Program-made: the position numbers and the translations under genes
Assembly: GCF_006345805.1 (NCBI RefSeq)
Contig: NC_043010.1
Span: forward strand, 42,470,001 to 42,534,000
Length of the DNA: 64,000 nt
Direction of reading: 5' to 3'
Origin: Octopus sinensis
Taxonomy: Eukaryota
In this document: positions 55,202-64,000 of the stretch, piece after piece
Numbering within the stretch: position 1 is the first letter of the stretch
Layout of the letters: every line of letters begins with the position of its first letter
Notes under the pieces: model-generated
Told to the model about the DNA's origin: nothing
The model's input: only the letters and a program-made list of their open reading frames with translations
Databases searched by the model: none

Positions 55202-57427
55202 TATATACGACGGATTTATTTCGGTTTCTGTCTACTAAATCCATTTATGCAAGTTTGGTGCACATTAGCATCATCATTGAAAAATAGCAACAAAGACACT
55301 GCAGTGTAATTTATCTGTGTCATCAAGTGAATAATATATACATACATATATATAAATACACACACACACACACATACACATGCATACAGGAAAATATTCA
55401 ATGTTGCTCAAATGCACACATACATACATGCACTGCATACATGCACATGCATACATGTTCTTCTTACTATAAAAACACACACATGTAGATAAGCATATTC
55501 ACAAAGATGTACGCCCACATGCATACAACTCATACACACAGTATAGCAAGTTAAGAAAACATATAGACACACATACATACCAATGCATACATACCTGTAT
55601 ATACTCATGTACAAATACACACAGATATATAATCACACACAGCTCAATCATAAAGACACACACATGAGTTAAGATTGTGCAGTAACATAATAAATTACCA
55701 GCCTTCTTATACTCATTGTGATTTTGAAATATTTTATTTGTTTATTTTTAATTAATTTTGATTGTTTGTTTGTTTTTCAATTTGTATATATTTATTCTAA
55801 TTTTTGTTCCTTTATTTATTGCTTTGATTCCCTCACCTCATTTTCTCTTAAAGATTGTGTAGAGACTCTCTTTTCATTAAATTTTGTTGTTTTGTATCTG
55901 TTTTTAATTAGACAGCTCATGTTCATTACTTAGTTTGATCTCTTGCATCCTAGTTAGTCCTTAATTGTAACTTTAGAAAAAAAAATAAGGATCTTTCTCT
56001 TAATGACAATCAAAATGAATTCGTAATTAAGAAAACTGGACATTCTAGTATTCAACATATAAAAGGGCATCAAAACAAGTGATCCAGTAACCAAAAAACT
56101 GCAGCTGAGAGGAAATCAGTTGAAATTCAAGAGATAAGAGAAAGCTCAAAATGTAAAGCAGACGCAACTTAATGAATAATTTTGCTATAAAAATGACAAA
56201 AGGATTGTGTTTAATAAAACAGGATTCTGCAGAAATATGCGATTTGTAGTAGAACTTCTTCCTGAAGAGAAAAAGTAATTTCTTGAAATGTGCAGAAAAG
56301 AGAATTTTGATTTCTTACAGCGAGCATCCAAATGACCACCAAAGATGTTTGGAAAAAAGTTAATGAAAAATAATTTGAAGATTACCTACAAGCATCAAGA
56401 TCTGGAGCAGATATAAACAAAGCTGGGGTGTTATCACTATCAATGTATTGGATGATATAACTTTTTAGCCATGAAAGTGTCACTGCATGACATCGCAAAA
56501 ATCAAATATTACAAAAGTATCTTCTTCCTTTTATGCATCAAGTTGTCTGCCCTCATTCCAACAAATTAATCAAAATGTTTTGCCTAAATCATGAAATACA
56601 GATTCTATTTGTCTAGTGTCCGCAACTGGAATTTATAGCAATTTATGAAAGCATTTTTAAAAACAAGAAAGCTATACTTATTTATAACAGTTCAGAAAAA
56701 GTTATAAAAAATAAAACCTGCATTACTGAAAAGATAATGATACCAAAAGTATCTTTTATTAAATTTTGGTGATGAATACATTTCATTTATTAAAAAATAA
56801 GGAAGTATTTTATTAGAGAGAGAAAGAGAGAGAGAGAGGGGGGGGGAGAGAAATAATCACCCACTCAACATTTACCAAGACCAAACTCATGATGTAATTT
56901 GAAAACTGGTGTACAATTTCTATATTCTCATAAAAAAAAATTATAAACTTGAAAAGCTTTATAGAAATTTTTTATAGATTTGTTATTGTCGTGTTTTCAA
57001 TAGGAAGTTGTGTAAAGTAAAGCTGTTTGCTGTTTACTGCAATGATATATGCAGTACAATAAATATATAGAAGATAAATTGAAAAGCATGGACGAAATAG
57101 ATGGGAAACAAAAATTTTATACACTATTTAGTTAGTAATACTATGACATAGAAAACAGAATAACGGGGTAGTCAAATTATGCATCTGTATGGACTTAATA
57201 GTGAACTATAAACTAAAAGTACTGCAGAAGAAATAAACCCTATGAAAAGAAGTATCCTATGCTGTATAGTGTATAACCTTAAATCACTAAAGGCCAAGGT
57301 AACAAAACTGTAGCATACACTTGAGTGAAATTCCTCTCCCTTTTATTATATATATGAGCATGTGAACATAGCAGATAACAGCTAACCTTTGGCCACTATT
57401 TGGACCCCCGTTGTGTCCACTACTCTG

Positions 57428-57562
57428 ATTGGTTGATATTGGCGCAATTTGTCTCTTATTCTGCCATGCCAATCTACAGCATATAACCAATCAGAGTTCT
57501 AAATAAGATCACGTGCAACAGCCAGTTCATAACTCAGATTGAGCTACCTGTTCATTATAAAA
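57428..57562 (+). promoter_or_regulatory. CCAAT/E-box/TATA motif cluster (possible LTR-type or host promoter)
   Basis: ATTGG 57428 and 57438, CCAAT 57469 and 57487, CACGTG 57510, TATAAAA 57556. Confidence 0.35.
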
Positions 57563-58850
57563 ACCCAGCTACTTCTCGTCTCGAAGTCTTTGATTCCAGA
57601 CCTTCTAAGGTCTAGCCACTGACCACACAAAACACAGCCGGTTCCAGTGACAACGCCAGATGCCCAGGTTTCAACACAGCACTGTTCGTGAATTACTTCA
57701 CCAGGGATCAACGGCAAATATACAACTATGAGTCAGACAACAACACCTGTCCAACAGCATTACGGCAATCTTTTTCTTCATCACCATCATCTGCTTCTTA
57801 ACAACATCAACAACATCTCTACATACACAGCTCAGCCAGCAACACTATACAGGTTCAACACAGCACTCTTTGTGAATTACTTCAGCATAGTTAGCTATGA
57901 ATATACACCCTGCAAGAACTCCTGTGCAAGTAATCCAGGCAGCAGCATTACAGCCACAACGTCTTATGATGTGTACCACAACCATCCCTGCATCATCACC
58001 ACAACTTCTTGATACAGTATTTCAATCACCATGTACAATTGACTATAAAACTGGTATTTCTCATTCTTGTGTCTATGAACATTCATCTAACTTCTCATTA
58101 TATACTCTTTCACTGTTTTTCATTGCTATTCGTATATGTACTTAAAGCACACCAATTCCATCTATAAAATGGTGACTGATGTAGAACACACACCATGATG
58201 ACCATCTAAAAAACCAATAGCTTATAATTTAATGCAAAGAATTAAAAACAAATGACATGACAACATATATAGCAGATATTGTATTAGGGAGTGTGCCAAG
58301 ATGAAATCTTGATAAACAGTTGGTAAACAACAATAGAAACAGAACTGAACATTAGACATTCTGTCTCACTCAACAAATGTTGTTATTTTGTAATAATCCA
58401 CAAAATATATTCCAGAAACATATAAAAAGCAATTTTGGCAAGGATATCTCATTGAAAAGGCATCTGGCTCAATCCTCCAACTGAGATATATAGACTTCAT
58501 CAGCTCATTTGCTATCCATTTACTTCCTAAAGGCATAAACCTGATGAAGTTCAACTTGAATATCAAGTACAATAATCTAACTTTTATGATTGGGGATCAT
58601 GTATTTAATTAAATAATTAATAAACATAAAAGAATAATCTATAATTTCATTTTCAATGAAACTACTATACCATGCATATATCTTTATCCTTATCATAAAT
58701 CACTGAGGCAGACTATGTTCTCTTGATACATATTGCTTCCTTAAGTGTCTACACCAATCAACATTTTCCCTCCCTTTTTACCAGTCTTTCGCCCAAAATT
58801 CAGCATTATTGATGCTAAGGTTTAATATTTCCAAACCTTTTGTGTCATTT

Positions 58851-59025
58851 TCAGTGGCATTTCACCTGTCTTTACATTCCGAGTTCAAATTCCACTGAGG
58901 TCAACTTTGCCTTTCATCTTTTCAGGTTGATTAAAATAAGTTCCATTTGAGTACTGGGGGTTGATGTAATTGATTGAGCCCCTTCCCCAAAGTTATTGGC
59001 CTTGTGCCAAAATCTGAAACCAATA
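58851..59025 (+). mobile_element. SINE family A fragment with nearly all CpGs converted to TG/CA
   Basis: CAGTGGCATTTCACCTGTCTTTACATTC...CCACTGAGGTCAAC...TTCAGGTTGAT...GGTTGATGTAATTGAT versus CpG-bearing copies upstream. Confidence 0.88.
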
Positions 59026-60072
59026 TTCTGTGTAATGAGAAACATTAAATAGTTTCTGTAGCAACCTTGAATGATCGAAACATTCTCAAATGTTGTTTCT
59101 TCATTCAAGAAAAATCAGTGGGCAAATGCAAGTGCAGCAAATGTGATTATTCTGTAATATCCTAGGGTTTCTGTGAAGGCACCCTGTGTACCAAAATCAC
59201 TCAAGTGGATTTTGCTTTGATGTTCATTGGATATTATAGTGTAACAGTAATATCATTTCCCTGCACAGCAGCAAGATATAAAGGGAATAACTGTATCATA
59301 TAAACTATGTTTGTGCAACCACAACTGTAAGATCTGTTGGCTGTTTAACTGTGATCGTACTAAGCTCTAAAACAAACAATGACCTAGTTTCTATTGAACA
59401 CCTTTGATCATATAATCATAGCTAACCTGGGAAAACTATAATTAAAAATATATGTAAGTAACATGCCAAAAACGTATTTTTCTGATGCATTACACAAATT
59501 AACATGATTTCACAGCACTTTATTAAAAAATTGAAAGAAATATTGAAAAATATAACAAATTTTCGTTTTCATAATATGAAAGTAATAAATGAACTTTTCA
59601 TAAATGGATTAACAAAAGCAAAAAATTTCCGAGTTGCATTTCAGTAAAATTATTTGTGAAAAAAGAAAAAAACAAATTATGAACCAATTTATTTAAAATT
59701 AACTATAAACAAAAAAAACACCTATAAATTAGATGATTATGGGAATGATCATAAATTCTATGCAAGAAGAATCCTATATCTCACAATGATATTCACTAAC
59801 AAACAAGTATATGAAAAAATAGACATGGAATTATGAAGATTGATAAAAAGAATATGAGAAAAACATTAAAGATATATTCTCAAAAATATGACAAACTTTT
59901 TTGAGAAAATAGAAAAGAAAGGACTGCATTTACATTTGCTCTGCTGCATACTTACAAACACTTGTAATTATAAAAGCTTACTTTAGAAATTCATATTGAT
60001 AAACATACATTTTTAAAGTAAATTGTTCTACACTTACTCAGAATACAAGCATGCTTACACTAGTTAACACAT

Positions 60073-60455
60073 TGGAAGCACTCTGTCGGTTACGACGACG
60101 AGGGTTCCGGTTGATCCGATCAACGGAACAGCCTGCTCGTGAAATTAATGTGTAAGTGGCTGAGCACTCCACAGACACGTGCACCCTTAACGTAGTTCTC
60201 GGGGATATTCAGCGTGACACAGAGAGTGACAAGGCCGGCCCCTTGAAATACAGGTACAACAGAAACAGGAAGTAAGAGTGAGAGAAAGTTGTGGTGAAAG
60301 AGTACAACAGGGATCACCACCATCCCTGCTGGAGCCTCGTGGAGCTTTAGGTGTTTTTGCTCAATAAACACTCACAACGCCCGGTCTGGGAATCGAAACC
60401 GCGATCCTACGACCGCGAGTCCGCTGCCCTAACCACTGGGCCATTGCGCCTCCAC
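60073..60455 (-). mobile_element. Full-length SINE family C with 11-bp TSD
   Basis: TSD AGTTAACACAT at 60062-72 and 60456-66. Confidence 0.93.
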
Positions 60456-61312
60456 AGTTAACACATGTACGAGCACAAAACATGAATATATAAATACATA
60501 CAAACATTCCTTAAGAGAAGTACATAGATTTTCTTAAACAATACCTTTTTTTTACAACTATGATCAAACACACATATACAAACATACTATGAGTCTATGT
60601 AGTCACTTGACCTGCTTTAAATAGCAGTTAGTCACACTCTGTTCTTCTTTTAGTAGAGAAGATACTGTTGTCTAATGCGATCTAGAATTTACTGTACCTG
60701 GAACAACAATAGGTTGTTCATGTTTTGAATGCTTTTGATCAGAAGACTGTTTGATCAAAGCTGACTTGGACTACAGGTGCTCACATGCAAATATACACAC
60801 ACACAGAGTAATCCAGACAAATACTTGTAAAATGATTTCAAATAAACTGCTTGAACAGTTTATCAGGATGCATAAACAGAAAATAAAGTAAATAGAACCT
60901 ACATGATACAAGCATACACTAGACTTAAGCTTGCTAACACGGAATTGCAATTTGAAGGCCTTGATATGAGCAAACATTTGAACAAGAATTCAATGAGGCA
61001 AAACACATTTTTAAACTCCCAACAACATGTAAATATAATCATTAGTTAAATAGAAACATTCTTACACATACATACATACATACATACATACATGCTTACA
61101 ATCATCATTAGTTGTGAATGAGGGTGCCGAAGCATCTATATTGCAAGAAATAAGAGTTAAAAACTCTTAACGCTATATGAACACACTACATATATACACT
61201 GACAGGAGAGATAACTGCCCCATGAGTGACTAGGATCATTGGACTAGACTAGTTTCACCTATCAGTCATAGGCTCGTCTATACATATACATATATATATA
61301 TATATATATATA

Positions 61313-61490
61313 TTCCTCTGTCTTCCCTTCTCTGGATCTTTCCTTCTCCTATGTTTCCGACGAAGAGCTCCGCTCGAAACATTAAACCCTCCTTCTTTCC
61401 TTCTTTCCTGAGCGTTCAATAATACTATATTTGTTCCACGTCCTCGCGTTGTTATATTTTCTTTGTGCTTTCTTGTTTGGATTAACTTTA
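61313..61490 (+). mobile_element. Short pLTR-like repeat with a minimal hammerhead motif at 61353-61387
   Basis: GTTT-CCGACGA-A-GAGC-TCC-GCTC-GAAA-CAT-T-AAAC; flanked by (TA)n. Confidence 0.65.
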
Positions 61491-61527
61491 TATATTTATA
61501 TATATATATATATATAATAAATAAAAT

Positions 61528-62250
61528 AAGATCCAAGGATCAAGGTGTATGAAGTGTCAAGCAGTCCATAACCTAGATTTTATCTACTCCTTTTCCTAAC
61601 TTTGGATATATACATTTATATATATGTATGTGTTATTCAAATTCTTTTACTTCTGACACATGTTTCGAAGATATCATGTTTTGAAGATTATTCCGAAAGA
61701 ATAAAATGGTTTAAAACAATCTTCTCTTCAGAGAAATGAAGAAATAAAGCTCGTCAATAAGATATTCTAACAAAATATGATGGGTATTTATAGTGATTAA
61801 CTGAACGCTATTAAGTTGTTTTTTTTTAAAAAGCTAGAGGATATAACATCAAAGTTAGCCTATAGAAAGAGGAGGGGTAAAGGAAAGAAAGAAACCAAAC
61901 AAAGGAGAAGTATTAAACGATATGTAAATTAAATAAAACCCTAAAGTCTTGGAAAAAGATATATCTAGCAAATGTGAAATGTAAGAAGAAAATTGATATT
62001 TAAATTATATATAATGATGGATATCCCTTATATGTGTTTCTGCCAATGCTTACATTGGTATGCATGCTCTATAACCGTGTTTACAAGGGGATGTTTAGAA
62101 AAAAGAATAAAAAATAATTCAGAATTACAGAGTAGACAGAATTCCTTGCCTTTATCATAAGGGATCGAAATTGAGAGAACTAAATTAAATTGTTTATTGT
62201 GGTCTTTTAGATACTAAATTAATTTACTAAGCCCTGTTCCTGTTCTTGGA
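61528..62250 (-). mobile_element. Penelope-like element 3' end (GIY-YIG ORF C-terminus plus pLTR)
   Basis: SPYDKGKEFCLLCNSELFLFF/(frameshift)SKHPLVNTVIEHAYQCKHWQKHI* (stop 62028-30) resembles the PLE endonuclease C-terminal PY..G..C.LC..E....LN...E....C.H motif; followed by a hammerhead. Confidence 0.72.
61650..61736 (-). ncRNA. Type-I hammerhead ribozyme, canonical core
   Basis: TTTCT-CTGAAGA-GAAGAT-[40-nt insert]-ATCTTC-GAAA-CATGTG-TC-AGAAG; GUC triplet; predicted cut between 61655 and 61654. Confidence 0.85.
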
Positions 62251-62279
62251 TTGCAAATGTATAGCCTTTAAAATATGAT

Positions 62280-62820
62280 GCGATGTAGCAGTTACAAGTT
62301 CAAGATAGGCTGTACTTCATGTTGACATTATTGTCTTCTTCAAGTCTTCAGGAAACATATCCATGCATAGTCTGTTTTGGGGATGCTAAACATTTCACAT
62401 CCAGGTCTTCTTAGAGGTATGTTAGTCTGGTTGTTTTGAAGTTGTATGGGAGGTCATAAGGAAGAGAATGTTTCCTGAGTTTCTTATTGCCCACATGTAA
62501 GATATTGTTCTCTTCACTTTTCAGTGCTAAGTTAATGTAAGAGACTATATGACATTCAAAGGCTGTCTACACTGGTCAAAAGCCTCTACCTCCTTTATCT
62601 CTTCTTAGGTAGAGACTGCAATATCACTATTCCTGTGGAGATTGCCTACTGGTGCCAGTACCTTGCAGGTTTTAACGTCTATGGAGAGGATTTCCTCTCC
62701 AAACCAATCATATATCCCAAATGCACTGGTACTGCAAATGCATTGTAAGATATTGTCTTATTGTAGGAGGAGAGTTCCAGCTGCCATATTTTTCTCAGTC
62801 CCTATCTTTATTCACAGTAC
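62280..62820 (-). mobile_element. Degenerate R4/Dong-type LINE fragment (post-RT region)
   Basis: LELSSYNKTISYNAFAVPV/FGIYDWFGEEILSIDVKTCKVL...NLHRNSDI..LPKK..GR(R)G-like, broken by frameshifts. Confidence 0.75.
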
Positions 62821-62872
62821 TTATGTATGTATGTATGTATGTATGTATGTATGTATGTATGTATGTATGTAT

Positions 62873-63180
62873 GTAGTCATAAAACAAGACAGATGAGTGA
62901 CAACCTGGCCACTGGTGGTGGTGTAACACACCATACTAATCATATCTGTCGGGCATGTGGAAGAGAGTGTAATTCGGCAGGAGGACTTAAACGACATGCA
63001 AAGGTACATGAAGCCCAGTTACAACTACAGCTGGCTATTACCAGTAAAGGTTTTAGTTGCCAATTTTGTACAAGACATTGTAGATCTTTAGCTGGGCTAA
63101 AAAGTCACATTCAATCACAGCACCAGTAACAGTTAAGCTTCGTGCAATCGCCATACTCGATAACGAGGGGCAGCCATAAT
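62873..63180 (+). mobile_element. Second copy of the zinc-finger retroelement 3' end, flanked by (TATG)n on both sides
   Basis: 11 differences in about 308 bp versus the 21.4-kb copy; two complete C2H2 fingers; same 3' UTR. Confidence 0.8.
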
Positions 63181-64000
63181 GTATGTATGTATGTATGTAT
63201 GTATGTATGTATGTATGTATTATGTATGTATGTATGTATGTATGTATGTATGTATGTATGTATGTATGTGAGCACGGTGTTCTTTTAAAAGCTCTTACTC
63301 TGATCATGAGATTCTAACTTTAGTTTCCATCCCCACATCTAATATAGATTGCCATAAATAATAACGATATAACAGTATCTAAATATTCAGTTTCTGAAAT
63401 TCTCTTTGAAATTATTTTTGCTATAAAATAGTTGGAAAACAAATAAATTATGGGACATTTTTTTTATTAATAGCTAGTTTGCAGGACATTTTCAGAAGTT
63501 TGTGCGGTGTGTAAACAGTGATTGTGGGGTGCATCAGTTACTCTGTCTAGGAAAGTATTTCAATGTTTGTTTCACCCATATTTATGCATAATTTTATTTC
63601 TTTTTAATAAATGTTTATAGCTTCAATACTAAATTTATGGCAATTGTGTATTGGCTATGAAATTATATGTTCATAGATATTTGAATAATTTCGATATTTT
63701 TTACCTAATTTAGCACAACCATCAATAAAGGCACTTGATTAAAAGCCATATTTGAAATCGCCAATAGCAAAGGTGTTTTTTGATATTGCCTTATGTTTAA
63801 AATCATAAATCTTTGTTAATCTATAAATTTGTAATATGCTAATATTGAAAGTTGATGAAAGTTTAATCGGCCAGATTTTATTTTAGATAATAGCAAAATG
63901 TTTGAAATACTGGCTGCAGATCATATAATCAAAATTTAGCAATTTGATAAATAATAATCAGGAAATAACAGCTGAAATAGTTCAATTCAAGTTTTGCCTT

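Noticed and set aside
58380-58525. Minus-strand exon-like frame GSKWIANELMKSIYLSWRIEPDAF...
   Set aside because: Splice sites are plausible but the peptide is unrecognised and its phase does not join the 47.5-kb candidate; kept only as a lead.
59130-59250. KIHLSDFG kinase-like motif on the minus strand
   Set aside because: No HRD or APE motifs, and the frame is closed by nearby stops.

Overview
This is AT-rich animal genomic DNA, saturated with microsatellites and transposon relics, with no prokaryotic features. The SINE/LINE repertoire and microsatellite density suggest an octopus (Octopus sp.); this is an inference from recalled repeat families, not a database result. No host protein-coding gene can be called with confidence, and most ORFs in the track are microsatellite translations. 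The best exon candidate is a 274-nt open segment with splice sites at 47510-47783 (-). Recognisable content: three tRNA-derived SINE families, RTE and R4/Dong-type LINE fragments, a Penelope-like element 3' end, DD37D (maT) and mariner transposase relics, Helitron ends, MITEs and a near-perfect 1.19-kb tandem duplication. The most interesting signals are: (1) type-I hammerhead ribozyme folds in several unrelated Penelope-like short repeats, one with a fully canonical core; (2) a triple-C2H2-zinc-finger retroelement 3' end, present twice and both times embedded in (TATG)n on both sides; (3) SINE dimers with the same palindromic junction at three loci; (4) a CpG-depletion boundary near 54-55 kb that is recorded in the repeat copies themselves. 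Identities and counts were made by eye.
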